From positions 160,001 through 224,000 of the forward strand of contig JABCTZ010000032.1 of NCBI GenBank assembly GCA_018238155.1: DNA of 64,000 nt, given 5' to 3'. Shown piece by piece: positions 30,119-40,694 of the stretch (positions within the stretch are counted from its first letter, which is position 1; the number at the start of each line of letters is the position of its first letter). The DNA comes from Candidatus Heimdallarchaeota archaeon (GTDB taxonomy: Archaea; Asgardarchaeota; Heimdallarchaeia; JABLTI01). The translations under genes and the position numbers were made by a program. The notes under the pieces were generated by a model, which was not told the origin of the DNA, ran no database searches, and worked only from the letters and a program-made list of their open reading frames with translations.

Positions 30119-31213
30119 TTAACGGGTTTTCTTCGTACCCGCAATCATTTTTTCTAAATTTTCAAGACCTTCAGGATGCTTGTCAAAATATCTATGAACT
30201 GGTTCGAGTATTTTCCCAAGGCTTTTAGCAACAGCATTTTTTAAATCAAGTGGATGTAGCTTTCCTTCAACAAAATCCTTCTCAAGATCTGCATAGTTAA
30301 GGTATTCAATATCTCCACCAAATTTTGTAGGGCGTTCGATTTTCATTGTATAACTGTCTCTTACAAAGAGTAAGTGCTCTGAATATTCCATAATTGGATT
30401 TCCCTCAGCAACTTTTGCAGGGCAAAATGCAGTCTTTAATTTTCTTTTAATATCTGTTTCAGTATCGTGAATGAAGATACATGTTTCAGGTTTAGATTTG
30501 CTCATTTTTGCTTCAATTTTAGCCATATCTGGATCCGCATCCGAATCCATTTTGGAACCACTGCCTTTTAATCCAGTAAGTAGTGGAGTATGAATAGCAA
30601 TTGGTTTTGGTTTACCAAGATTCTTAGCACAATCCCGAGCGATCATATGAGCTTTTCTTTGATCCATACCACCAAAAGCAATATCAATATCCATATAGAA
30701 AATATCCGCTGCTTGCATTGCAGGGTAATAAATCCAAGCGCTCTCTACATCTTTCATTCCCATAGCTCTACCCATAATTGGTAATGCACGGAGAACGCGA
30801 TTTAATGAAGTACTTTTTGCCACCTTAATCAAAGTAGCCCAATAATCAGCATCATTAACAATTTCGTTTGACCAGCGATAAGTTACTTTATCCTCAGTGA
30901 GACCGAGTGCTTTGTACCCTTCCTTAAAGTACTCACCGGCAATACGGATTTTATCTAAATCTCCATCAAGCTTGTTATTAACCCAACTGTGCCAATCAGC
31001 AAGAAAAATGGTCATATTTACACCAGCATCCACTAGGTCATGCATTTTCATTGCACAAAGTAAGCCATTACCTATGTGGAGTTTCCCACTGAGCTCGAAG
31101 CCAATGTAAGAATTTGGTTTCTTTTTCCTTTCGAAGAGAGGTTTAATCTCATCTTTTACGACCACTTCTTCAGTATTTCGAGTAATTAATTTTATACGTT
31201 CTTCGATTTTCAT
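30119..31213 (-). CDS. tyrS: Tyrosyl-tRNA synthetase
   Basis: YIGFELSGKLHIG, FLADWHSW, YPAMQAADI, GGMDQRKAH, KMSKS and LHPLDLK motifs. Confidence 0.97.
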   Translation of the reverse strand: MKIEERIKLITRNTEEVVVKDEIKPLFERKKKPNSYIGFELSGKLHIGNGLLCAMKMHDLVDAGVNMTIFLADWHSWVNNKLDGDLDKIRIAGEYFKEGYKALGLTEDKVTYRWSNEIVNDADYWATLIKVAKSTSLNRVLRALPIMGRAMGMKDVESAWIYYPAMQAADIFYMDIDIAFGGMDQRKAHMIARDCAKNLGKPKPIAIHTPLLTGLKGSGSKMDSDADPDMAKIEAKMSKSKPETCIFIHDTETDIKRKLKTAFCPAKVAEGNPIMEYSEHLLFVRDSYTMKIERPTKFGGDIEYLNYADLEKDFVEGKLHPLDLKNAVAKSLGKILEPVHRYFDKHPEGLENLEKMIAGTKKTR

Positions 31214-31370
31214 TTTTTGCCGCTCCTTGGTAGACCAGTTCTAATTGGATACAAATATCAGAAATAACTGACTGATAAGTTTGCGCTTTGGTTATAAATT
31301 CTTTGTTTCAAATTTTATCCTTGTATATTATTTTTAACCACATCTTAAGAAACAACAATATTGAAAGTAG

Positions 31371-33212
31371 TTAATATCTTTCGAAGAAAAATTCCCCACT
31401 TTCTCTTTGTTCACGATCAAGTCTACTACTATGTTTATTTATCCTCGCTCGACCGGTTTCAACATCTCGTCGAAAAGTAATATCAAGCGTTTTCAAAAAT
31501 TCATTCATTCCATCTCTCTTACCAAAAGGACCTACAGTAAAACCACGAACACCCGGTTCTCCTAAAAAGAGAAGGACTCTATCTCCAAGAATATCCGCTA
31601 TTTGCATATCATGTTCAATAGCAATAACTGAAGCATTGTACAATTTTGCTGCATTACGAATAATTCTAGCAACTTTGATACGCTCCTCAACATCAAGAAA
31701 AGCTGCTGGTTCGTCGATGAGATACAAATCTGCTCGTTTTGTAAGACAAGCTGCAATGTAGACTCTTTGAAGTTCTCCACCACTTAATTCTGTAATTGGT
31801 TTATCAAATAGATGTTCTATGCCAAGAGGTTGATAGAAATTCTGTTTGAGCATTTTCTCGCCAGTATATCTCTCAGCGAAGTTCATTATGAATTCATCGA
31901 CTGTGCCTTTATAGTCTCGAGTGATAAATTGTGGTTTGTAAGATACTTGAGCCATAACATTTGCTGAACCTCTATCTGGTTGTAGGATTCCAGCAAGCAT
32001 TTTAACAAAAGTGGTCTTACCGATACCATTCTCTCCTAAAATTACTAATGTTTCGCCTTTGTATACTTCGCCCGGTGACACCTTTAATCGAAACTGGTCA
32101 AATTTTTTCCACAATGTAGTGAATTTAACGTAGATAGGAACGTTAACCCAGGTTCTTTCTTTGACAACTCTTTGGAAGGTAATTGCTTTACTACGAAAAG
32201 TGATGTTCTCTTCCTTCAATCTGCCAGTTAGATAGGCATTTATTCCCGATTTGACACTTTTTACGCCAGAAACAACTCCAAAAGCGTGAGGAGTACCCCA
32301 GAGAGCTTGTATTTGATCACTTAGGTAATCAAGAATAGCAATATCATGCTCTACAACTAAAACTGATTTATTCTTCTTAGCTAATTTTCCGAATAATTTT
32401 GAAAGATTGAGTCGTTGCTTTACATCAAGGAAATTTCCAGGTTCATCGATAAAATAAACATCAGCATCTTTAGATATTGCAACTGCTATTGAGAATCTCT
32501 GACGTTCTCCACCACTGAGATGTTTAAACTCTTTATCAAGCAAAGTTTCTAATTGCAATTCCTTTATTAGTTCCTTTGTATTTCCCAATTCATCTTCTCT
32601 AAGAAGGACTTCATGTATAGTCTCCTTTTCTTGAAGGTAATCCGTTAATACTTGCTCTTTGTAAGCAATTTTAATCTTACCATTTTTAAGAGAATTAAAG
32701 TAAGAACGATGAAGTGAAAGATCAAGTGTAGTGAACATGTCTTTCCAAGTTAAATCTTCTCTTTCATACTCTCCACCATTTGGGATTGTTTTTCCAGAGA
32801 GGATATTTAATACCGTGGTCTTTCCAATACCATTTGCACCAATTAATCCCACAACTTTCCCTTTGGGGAGAAATGGAAGACCGTACAATCGGAAGGCATT
32901 TTCTCCATATTGATGGATCGGTTTTTCTTTTAATTCAACGGGTAAACCAACCATTGAAATTGCGTGGGTTGGGCAAACATTGACACAAATTCCACAAGCG
33001 ATGCATTTTTTGCTGTGAATTCTGGCTTTTTTATGAACTTTATCTGGATAAATAACTTTTCTGCCTTTTTTATTTAGAGGGCAAGTTTTCATACAAACAT
33101 GACCACAAGTTGCTGGTTGACACCTATCTAAGTCAACGATGGGTATTCTTGTTTTTGTTTGTTTCCCAGCAGTTCTTTTAGACATGATATCCGCTCTCCA
33201 AATATAGAGCAA
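31371..33212 (-). CDS. rli1: ABCE1/Rli1 ribosome recycling ATPase (start probably ATG at 33185)
   Basis: N-terminal Fe-S Cys motifs (C...C...C...CP; CIACGICVNVCP), two Walker A GIGKTT motifs, two LSGGE signatures, ITFRRD. Confidence 0.95.
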   Translation of the reverse strand: MLYIWRADIMSKRTAGKQTKTRIPIVDLDRCQPATCGHVCMKTCPLNKKGRKVIYPDKVHKKARIHSKKCIACGICVNVCPTHAISMVGLPVELKEKPIHQYGENAFRLYGLPFLPKGKVVGLIGANGIGKTTVLNILSGKTIPNGGEYEREDLTWKDMFTTLDLSLHRSYFNSLKNGKIKIAYKEQVLTDYLQEKETIHEVLLREDELGNTKELIKELQLETLLDKEFKHLSGGERQRFSIAVAISKDADVYFIDEPGNFLDVKQRLNLSKLFGKLAKKNKSVLVVEHDIAILDYLSDQIQALWGTPHAFGVVSGVKSVKSGINAYLTGRLKEENITFRSKAITFQRVVKERTWVNVPIYVKFTTLWKKFDQFRLKVSPGEVYKGETLVILGENGIGKTTFVKMLAGILQPDRGSANVMAQVSYKPQFITRDYKGTVDEFIMNFAERYTGEKMLKQNFYQPLGIEHLFDKPITELSGGELQRVYIAACLTKRADLYLIDEPAAFLDVEERIKVARIIRNAAKLYNASVIAIEHDMQIADILGDRVLLFLGEPGVRGFTVGPFGKRDGMNEFLKTLDITFRRDVETGRARINKHSSRLDREQRESGEFFFERY

Positions 33213-33317
33213 TGTGCATTTACATCTTTAGTGGATTTAAGTCTAATATTAAATGTAACGATGTAATCAGTAAGTAACAAGAAATTATTTTTATACTGAG
33301 CTAGCAATTTATCATCA

Positions 33318-34226
33318 ATGTCTCAATTTTTTTCATCAAAATGGAGTGTTCCAGCTCATATCACAGGTTTATTTCAAATAGTTGAGAATGAAAATCCGTT
33401 AAAAATGGGTTCTCGTGGTGCTGGTTTCTCGATAAATAATCCAGTTATTACTCAAGCTGAATCTCGTTTAGCTAAAGTAGGTTCACTCAAAGTATTTTTT
33501 AATAGCGTTCTTATTGATGGAAAAGTTAGCGCTGAAGTGGCAAATTCTTTTGATGATTTCTGGAAAGATAAAGAGTTGTTACTTAACCATTCTAGCCAAC
33601 TTCCAACTGAAGCAGGTTTTGGATCAAGTGGTGCAGGTGCTTTAGGTGCTGCTTTTGCTCTGAATGAATTATTCGATGCAAAAAAAGCCAAAGACGAATT
33701 GGGTCAAATTGCTCATCAAGCTGAAGTTAATTGTCGAACTGGTTTAGGTGATGTAATTGCTCAATATCATGGTTTAGCAGAGATTCGATTGGAACCAGGA
33801 GCGCCAGGAATAGGTGTAATTAAACAGCTTGAATGGTCTCTTGATCGAAAAATTCTATCAATATTCCTTGGAACAATGTCAACAAAGGAAATCATCACAA
33901 GCAAATCACATATTGAAATGATAAATAGAACTTCTGAACCATTATTAGAAGAGTTAAAAAATACACCAACAGTAGATAAGTTTGTAGATTTAAGTTATCA
34001 ATTTTCGAAAAAAGTAGGCTTAATGAGTAAGAAAGTTGAAACAATTATTGAAGAACTTCAAGCGAATGGATATTCTTCAAGTATGATTATGATAGGAGAA
34101 TCGATATTTGTTGTCGGTTCTAGTGATGAGTTAAAACAATGTTCCATTTTTCTTAGGGAAAAATATCCAAAAGCACAGTATTGGATAAACTCATTAGCTT
34201 TAACTGGACCAAGTATAGTTAAGTAA
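33318..34226 (+). CDS. pok: Pantoate kinase (GHMP family)
   Basis: PAHITGLF, GSRGAG, GFGSSGAG, AHQAEV and TGLGDV motifs. Confidence 0.93.
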   Translation: MSQFFSSKWSVPAHITGLFQIVENENPLKMGSRGAGFSINNPVITQAESRLAKVGSLKVFFNSVLIDGKVSAEVANSFDDFWKDKELLLNHSSQLPTEAGFGSSGAGALGAAFALNELFDAKKAKDELGQIAHQAEVNCRTGLGDVIAQYHGLAEIRLEPGAPGIGVIKQLEWSLDRKILSIFLGTMSTKEIITSKSHIEMINRTSEPLLEELKNTPTVDKFVDLSYQFSKKVGLMSKKVETIIEELQANGYSSSMIMIGESIFVVGSSDELKQCSIFLREKYPKAQYWINSLALTGPSIVK

Positions 34227-34251
34227 ATAATAGTACTCTAAATAGAAATAG

Positions 34252-35040
34252 GTGATAGTAATGACTGAAATTCCTCCCGATCATCCTCGATTTTTATCTT
34301 TAAAGGAACGACATGGAATTATAGAAGGAATGCATCAAAAGATTGTTGCAGAGGCAGGATTAATTGCTCATGGAAGAGGTGAAGCTTTTGATTATCTACT
34401 TGGCGAAAAAACACCCGAGTATGCTTTAGTACAGGAGAAAGCTGCTGTTGCTCATCTGCTGTTGGCAAAAAATCCTATTATATCTATAAATGGCAATGTT
34501 GTTATTCTCTGCCCTACAGAGCTTGTTGAATTGGCAGAAGAAACTGGTGCAAAATTAGAAGTAAATCTCTTTTATCGAACTACTGAGCGAGAGCAAAATA
34601 TAAAGCAAATATTACTTGATGCAGGTGCTACTGAAATTCTTGGTGTAGATTTAGGTGAAAGTGCAGCAACTATTCCTGAAATAACTCACAACCGACGAAT
34701 AGTGGACCCTGATGGAATTTTCAAAGCTGATGTTGTTTTTGTTCCGTTAGAAGATGGTGATAGAACGATGGCTTTGCGAAAAATGGGTAAAATCGTTCTC
34801 TGTGTTGACCTCAATCCGATGTCGCGAACTTCTGTTTGGAGCAATGTTACGATTGTTAATCACGTTAGAAGAGCTGCTCAAGAGATGGTTGTTATTGCAA
34901 AAGAACTTAAAAACCTCACACGTGAGAAATTAAACGAAATACTTGATAATTACGATAACAATAACATGTTGAAAGATAGTGTTAAGCACATGGCTGAAAG
35001 ACTTTTAACACTTTCACAAGAGAAATTACAGGAGGGTTAG
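34252..35040 (+). CDS. pps: 4-phosphopantoate-beta-alanine ligase (phosphopantothenate synthetase; likely ATG at 34261)
   Basis: IPPDHPR, GLIAHGRGEAFDYLLGEKT, VPLEDGDR and DLNPMSRT motifs. Confidence 0.96.
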   Translation: MIVMTEIPPDHPRFLSLKERHGIIEGMHQKIVAEAGLIAHGRGEAFDYLLGEKTPEYALVQEKAAVAHLLLAKNPIISINGNVVILCPTELVELAEETGAKLEVNLFYRTTEREQNIKQILLDAGATEILGVDLGESAATIPEITHNRRIVDPDGIFKADVVFVPLEDGDRTMALRKMGKIVLCVDLNPMSRTSVWSNVTIVNHVRRAAQEMVVIAKELKNLTREKLNEILDNYDNNNMLKDSVKHMAERLLTLSQEKLQEG

Positions 35041-35042
35041 CA

Positions 35043-35858
35043 TTGCCCAAATTAACTGCATTTGATATTCAAAAAATGAAACAAGAAGGCAAAAAAATTA
35101 CTATGCTAACAGCATATGATTATAGTTTAGCTTCAATATTTGATGAGGCGAAAATCGATATTCTACTTATAGGTGACTCGATGGGTCAAGCAATTTATGG
35201 TGCTTCCACAACTTTAGAAGTAACTTTGAATATGACAATTCGTCATACTCAAGCAGTTGCTCGTGGTGCGGTTAATTATAGTTTGATCATCGCTGATATG
35301 CCATTTCTGAGTTTTGGTTTGACAGTTGATGAAACTGTTGCAAATGCCGGTCGATTGATTAAAGAAGGTCATGCTGAAGCTGTCAAGCTCGAAGGTTCGA
35401 GTGATAATCGAATAAAAGAAATTGAAGCTATGGTCGATATTGGCATCCCTGTTCAAGGTCATATTGGTTTGATTCCTCAATCTGCATACAAATTAGGTGG
35501 ATACAAAGTCCAAGGAAAAAATGAATCCTATTTCTCTGAAGAGCAATTACTATCTGATGCTAAGCGTTTGGAAGATGCTGGTTGTTTCTCTATTATTTTA
35601 GAAGCAATTCCATTGGATGTTGCTAAGAAGATTACTGAGAGTATTTCAATACCTGCTATTGGAATTGGGGCTGGTCCAAATTGTGATGGGCAGGTGCTTG
35701 TTTGTTATGATATGTTGGGATGTACAACGGGTCATAAACCTAAATTTGTTAAACAATACATTGACCTCCATCAAATAATATTAGATGCAGTCAATAAATA
35801 TGCGAAAGAAGTCAAAGATGGCTCTTTCCCATCTTTAGAATATTCTTACGAGGGATGA
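35043..35858 (+). CDS. panB: Ketopantoate hydroxymethyltransferase
   Basis: ITMLTAYDY, LIGDS, ADMPF, VKLEG and IGIGAGPNCDGQVLV motifs. Confidence 0.97.
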   Translation: MPKLTAFDIQKMKQEGKKITMLTAYDYSLASIFDEAKIDILLIGDSMGQAIYGASTTLEVTLNMTIRHTQAVARGAVNYSLIIADMPFLSFGLTVDETVANAGRLIKEGHAEAVKLEGSSDNRIKEIEAMVDIGIPVQGHIGLIPQSAYKLGGYKVQGKNESYFSEEQLLSDAKRLEDAGCFSIILEAIPLDVAKKITESISIPAIGIGAGPNCDGQVLVCYDMLGCTTGHKPKFVKQYIDLHQIILDAVNKYAKEVKDGSFPSLEYSYEG

Positions 35859-35862
35859 AAAA

Positions 35863-36801
35863 ATGTTTCTTGTGTTGGGTAGCGGCAATGTAGGCAGCTT
35901 AATTGGTGGACTTCTTACCCGTGAAGGTTACAATGTTTTCATGATTGGTCGAGAACCTCATATAGCAATCACAGGTGCAAACGGTCTCAAAATTCAAGGT
36001 TTAATAAATAAAAAAATACAACCGATAAATGCAGGTACTTTCGATTATATCTACCCTATTGTGGAGATGCTGAATGAAGAAATAACTTGCATTTTAGTGA
36101 CAACTAAAGCTCATCAAACAAGGCAGGCGGCAGAAGAAATATTACCTATTGTTTGCAAGCACACAACAATCGTTTCAATCCAAAACGGTATTGGTACTGA
36201 AGAAATTTTACAGGAATTGTATCCTGATAATCTAGTTTTACGAGGTGTTACCTCTATTGGTGTTAGCAGACCTAAACCTGGAGTAGTTGAATATTCAGGT
36301 AAAGGTATAACACAAATTGGTTATGCAAATAGTGAGGAGAAAGCAAAAGCAAAATTATTAGTACAATCATTAAATAAATCCGGTTTAGAAGCTGAATTGG
36401 AAATTAATATTCAAGGGGCAGTTTTTACAAAAACAATTGTTAATTGTGCTTTGAATCCTTTGACCGCTATTCATCATGTTAAAAATACTGAAATATTTAA
36501 ACAAAAGAAGCTTAGAGTAAAAGCAACCGCTTTAGCAAATGAAGCTTGGACTGTAACCAAAAAACTTGGGATAAAATTACTGGTGGAAGATCCAGTTGAA
36601 TATGCAATGGATGTTATTAAGAAAACAGGAGAAAATACTAATTCCATGCTATCTGATGTCCAAAATAAAAAGAAAACAGAAATTGACTTTATTACCGGGA
36701 AAATAATTTCTTTCGCAGATGAATTGGAGATTGAAGTGCCACACAATAAAGAAGTATACAAAGAAATACTTGCTATTGAACAAACATATACAGAATTATG
36801 A
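35863..36801 (+). CDS. panE: Ketopantoate reductase
   Basis: GSGNVG, VTTKA, IQNGIG, NCALNPLTA, SMLSD and TEIDFITG motifs. Confidence 0.94.
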   Translation: MFLVLGSGNVGSLIGGLLTREGYNVFMIGREPHIAITGANGLKIQGLINKKIQPINAGTFDYIYPIVEMLNEEITCILVTTKAHQTRQAAEEILPIVCKHTTIVSIQNGIGTEEILQELYPDNLVLRGVTSIGVSRPKPGVVEYSGKGITQIGYANSEEKAKAKLLVQSLNKSGLEAELEINIQGAVFTKTIVNCALNPLTAIHHVKNTEIFKQKKLRVKATALANEAWTVTKKLGIKLLVEDPVEYAMDVIKKTGENTNSMLSDVQNKKKTEIDFITGKIISFADELEIEVPHNKEVYKEILAIEQTYTEL

Positions 36802-36818
36802 AAAAAAGAGGAATATAA

Positions 36819-37988
36819 ATGGAAAAATCAATTTCTGATATCGATCAAAACAAGATTTTGGAAGAGCTAAAGAAAAGACTAGCTTTTGAAAAATCGTACA
36901 ATAAAGTGCTTAGCTCAATGTGCACACCCCCTCTTGAAATTTCACGCTTAATATCTGCTGAATATGCAGAGATAAATTTAGGTGATCCCGGACTTTTCCC
37001 AGAAACCAAACAGATAGAATTTGATGTTCTCAATATTATTGCCAAAATCTTACATGCACCTCAAGAATGGACTGGTTCAATTACTTCTGGCGGAAGTGAG
37101 TCAAATTTATTAGGCTGTTGGGTTGCACGCAATTGGAGTAAAAAAACTAAAGGAATAAAAAATGGTACTTTACTTTTACCTGAATCCGCACATGCTTCAT
37201 TCGAGAAAGCAATAGATATTCTCAACTTAGAATCGAAATGGATACCTCTTACTTCAAAAAATAAACTCGATATAGAGATTCTAAAAGAAGAGCTTGATGA
37301 AACAACAATTGGAATAATAGGAATTGCCGGGGCAACTGGAACAGGTGCTTGTGATGACATCAAAGCTCTAAGTGAAATAGCTCAAGATTCTAACAGTTAT
37401 TTGCACGTAGATGCAGCTCATGGCGGAATGATTTTTCCTTATATGAAAGAAATTGGTAGGCAAGCTCCTGTATTTGATTTTCTGCTGGAAGGTGTAAGTA
37501 GTATTACTTTAGATACGCATAAAATAATGGGTGGTCTGATTCCCGGGGGAAGTATAATTTATCGTTCAAGTGAATTTTCGGATACAATCGCAAAGGGTAT
37601 AACTTACTTGTCTGATTCAACTACAAAACAATTAACGATCACTGGTACACGACCAGGAAATTCTGTTATAGCTTTGTGGGTTTTGTTGAAATATTACGGG
37701 AAGCCGTTCATGATAGATAGAGTTAAGAAAAGTTTTGCTCTAACTGATTACACAGTAAAGAAATTACGTGGAATTTCTTCAATAAGTTTAACTTTTGACC
37801 CAACAATAAATATTATTGGGTTTACAAATACTAAACTGTCTAATGAAAGTCTTGTAGCGAAACTAAAGAAATTTGGTTGGGATCTTTCTTTCTATTCAAA
37901 TTGGACTCGAATGGTAATAATGCCACACTTTTCAATAGAAATGATTGATAAGTTCATTAAAGATTTAGAAAATGTTCTAAAGGAGTAA
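36819..37988 (+). CDS. mfnA: MfnA-type PLP-dependent aspartate/tyrosine decarboxylase, likely the beta-alanine source
   Basis: SSMCT, NLGDPGLFP, SGGSESN, HVDAAHGG, TLDTHK and GTRPG motifs; operon context. Confidence 0.9.
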   Translation: MEKSISDIDQNKILEELKKRLAFEKSYNKVLSSMCTPPLEISRLISAEYAEINLGDPGLFPETKQIEFDVLNIIAKILHAPQEWTGSITSGGSESNLLGCWVARNWSKKTKGIKNGTLLLPESAHASFEKAIDILNLESKWIPLTSKNKLDIEILKEELDETTIGIIGIAGATGTGACDDIKALSEIAQDSNSYLHVDAAHGGMIFPYMKEIGRQAPVFDFLLEGVSSITLDTHKIMGGLIPGGSIIYRSSEFSDTIAKGITYLSDSTTKQLTITGTRPGNSVIALWVLLKYYGKPFMIDRVKKSFALTDYTVKKLRGISSISLTFDPTINIIGFTNTKLSNESLVAKLKKFGWDLSFYSNWTRMVIMPHFSIEMIDKFIKDLENVLKE

Positions 37989-37993
37989 TTCAA

Positions 37994-39238
37994 ATGGCAA
38001 AATTCAAGCCTTCAATTCATAGCTCAAAATTGGAAATTACTAGTTCAAAATCTAATCTCTTAGAGGGGAGAAGAATAGTTATTGGATTAACTGGAAGTGT
38101 TGCTGTAGTAGAAACTGTTCACCTTACTAGATTACTAATGAGAAATGGTGCAGAAGTATTTGCAGCAATGACCAAAGCAGCTATCGAATTAATCCATCCG
38201 AACCTAATTGAATGGGCAACTGGAAATCCTGTGATAACTGAGTTAACAGGTCAAATTGAACATGTTCATCTTTGTGGTGAGCATCCCGACAAAGCAGATT
38301 TACTGCTAATTGCTCCTTCTACTGCAAATACAATCGGCAAAATTGCAAGTGGCATAGACGATACTGTCGTAACTACTTTTGCTACTACCGCTTTTGGTTC
38401 TGGAATACCAATTACAATAGTTCCTGCTATGCATTCAACAATGTATGAGAATCCTATTGTTATTGCTAATATTGAAAAACTGAAGAAAACCGGCATTACT
38501 TTTATTGGTCCAAGAAAAGAAGAAGGCAAAGCAAAGATTGCTACAAATGATGAGATTCTTCAGACTATAATTGGCATTCTAGATAAAAAAAAAGACTACA
38601 AGGGTAAAAGAATCGTTGTAACAGCAGGTCCAACACGTGCTTGGATAGATGACATCCGATTTATTACCAATCCAAGTAGTGGACGAATGGGTATTGAAAT
38701 TGCTCTAGAAGCAGCAAGCAGAGGGGCGGAAGTTACACTTCTTTTAGGTCCAACATCGATAATAGTTCCCAATAAGGACATCAACATTATTTCTATTGAA
38801 ACTGTGGATGATCTCGTTTCAGAAATTAATAAGATGAAAAAAATTGATATTTTCATTTCTGCTGCTGCAATAGGTGATTATCACGTAGAGAAAGAAAGTG
38901 GAAAAATACCGTCACTAAAGAATGAACTTAATCTGAAATTAACACCAACTCCAAAAATACTCAATATGGTTCGTAAGAAATACTCAAAAATTAAGATAGT
39001 TGGTTTCAAAGCAGAAACGGCTATCTCTGAAAAAGAATTAATTTCTCGTGCAGAAAAAAGTATGAAGAAAAACAATCTGGATTTGGTGGTTGCTAATTTA
39101 GTCAATAAACCTCAGCAAGGTTTTGGAACAGTGACAAATGCAGTAATAATAATTAAGAAAGACTCAAGTACTGAGCAAATAGCTTTGACGTCAAAGAGAT
39201 TAATTGCCAGGCACATATTAGATAGACTGGTGTTATGA
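37994..39238 (+). CDS. coaBC: Bifunctional phosphopantothenoylcysteine decarboxylase/synthetase
   Basis: APSTANTIGK, PAMH, TAGPT, RFITNPSSGRMG and VGFKAE motifs. Confidence 0.97.
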   Translation: MAKFKPSIHSSKLEITSSKSNLLEGRRIVIGLTGSVAVVETVHLTRLLMRNGAEVFAAMTKAAIELIHPNLIEWATGNPVITELTGQIEHVHLCGEHPDKADLLLIAPSTANTIGKIASGIDDTVVTTFATTAFGSGIPITIVPAMHSTMYENPIVIANIEKLKKTGITFIGPRKEEGKAKIATNDEILQTIIGILDKKKDYKGKRIVVTAGPTRAWIDDIRFITNPSSGRMGIEIALEAASRGAEVTLLLGPTSIIVPNKDINIISIETVDDLVSEINKMKKIDIFISAAAIGDYHVEKESGKIPSLKNELNLKLTPTPKILNMVRKKYSKIKIVGFKAETAISEKELISRAEKSMKKNNLDLVVANLVNKPQQGFGTVTNAVIIIKKDSSTEQIALTSKRLIARHILDRLVL

Positions 39239-40581
39239 TGGATAGTGAAACCGAGTCATTCGTACGTTTTTTCTTTGCTTGTAAAAAACGCTTTAAAAAA
39301 ATGACCTTAAAAGATTTAGAAAAGTATCAATTGAAAAAAGTTCAATCATTGGTACAATATGTGACAGAAAAATCACCTTTTTTTAAAGCATATTATAAAA
39401 ATCGTGATCTTCTTGATGTCTGGAATTTGCCAACAGTAAATAAGAAGATCATGATGGAGAACTTCACAGAGTACACAACCTTAGGTTTCGAGAAAGAAGA
39501 GCTACTTGATTTTTGTCTTCGAATAGAAAAAGAACAGAATTTTACAGAACGCTTTCATGGTTATAATGTAGCAATGTCTTCTGGAACAAGCGGGAGCAAA
39601 GGGATAGTAATAACTAGTCCTGAAGAAGAAAAATATCTTCAAGCAGCTTTATTTTCTCGTTTTGTCTTTCCAAGAGTACTTCGTATTAAGTGGGCTTTTA
39701 TCCTTCGCATTACGACTCCGGCATTCCAAGTAAGCAGATTTGGTCAGCAGTTAACTCATTTCAACTTGCAATTACCTTTAGAAGAATTAAGAAACAAGCT
39801 ACAGAAATTTCAACCCAATATTCTTTCAGCTCCACCATCTATGTTAAGCATTATTTCTAAGGAAGTGCAAAATGGACGATTGAAAATAAAACCAAAAAGA
39901 ATTATTTCATATGCTGAAGTATTATACCCAGAAGTAAAGACAGTAATTGAAGAAACGTTTGATACACTTGTTCATCAGATATATCAAGGAAGCGAAGGCT
40001 CAATAGCAATGACTTGTAAATATGGTAATTTGCATATCAATGAGGATTTAATGAAAGTGCAATTACTTGATAATGAAGGCAATATGACTGAGATAGGAAA
40101 ACCTTGTCATAAGATGATTGTTACTGATTTGAATAAGATTTCACAACCAATAATAAGATACGAATTGAATGACATCATTACTATCTCACCAGAAAAATGC
40201 TCATGTGGATCTAATTTTAGAGTGATTGAGCAAGTTTTGGGACGAGCAGATGATTTATTCTGGGGGCAAAGAGAAAATATTGCAGATCATCAGTTTATTT
40301 TTCCAGATTACATCCGTAGAGCAATTATTAGCAGTTCAGAAGAAATTAGTGAGTACCAAGCAATTCAAAAAAGTTTGTCTCGAGTAATAATTAGAATACA
40401 ATTTAAAAAATCACCTGAAAACCTAGATGTGATACAACAAAAAATCGCAAATGCAGTTCAAAATGTCTTTTCAAAATACAAATGCATTCAACCATCTGTA
40501 TCTGTGGTTTTAGAGAAACCTGAAAGGCATCCAAAATCACTAAAACTTGTACGAATCAAGCGTGATTTTGATATCATTTAA
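39235..40581 (+). CDS. Adenylate-forming enzyme (PaaK/coenzyme F390 synthetase-like)
   Basis: SSGTSG P-loop, IYQGSEG, HINED, PIIRYELND and GRADD motifs; ATGA overlap with the coaBC stop. Confidence 0.88.
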   Translation: MMDSETESFVRFFFACKKRFKKMTLKDLEKYQLKKVQSLVQYVTEKSPFFKAYYKNRDLLDVWNLPTVNKKIMMENFTEYTTLGFEKEELLDFCLRIEKEQNFTERFHGYNVAMSSGTSGSKGIVITSPEEEKYLQAALFSRFVFPRVLRIKWAFILRITTPAFQVSRFGQQLTHFNLQLPLEELRNKLQKFQPNILSAPPSMLSIISKEVQNGRLKIKPKRIISYAEVLYPEVKTVIEETFDTLVHQIYQGSEGSIAMTCKYGNLHINEDLMKVQLLDNEGNMTEIGKPCHKMIVTDLNKISQPIIRYELNDIITISPEKCSCGSNFRVIEQVLGRADDLFWGQRENIADHQFIFPDYIRRAIISSSEEISEYQAIQKSLSRVIIRIQFKKSPENLDVIQQKIANAVQNVFSKYKCIQPSVSVVLEKPERHPKSLKLVRIKRDFDII

Positions 40582-40694
40582 TTACTTTCTTGATAAATGT
40601 AGGAGTTACGGCAAAATTATAAACAATAAAATCATTGAAAGTAAAGCGTATCTATCTATCTATCTATTACTATCCATAAGGAGCAGTATAACTA

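Noticed and set aside
40649-40666. (TATC)4 microsatellite upstream of the lipid kinase gene as a phase-variation site
   Set aside because: It is too short to distinguish from chance in AT-rich DNA without read-level length variation.
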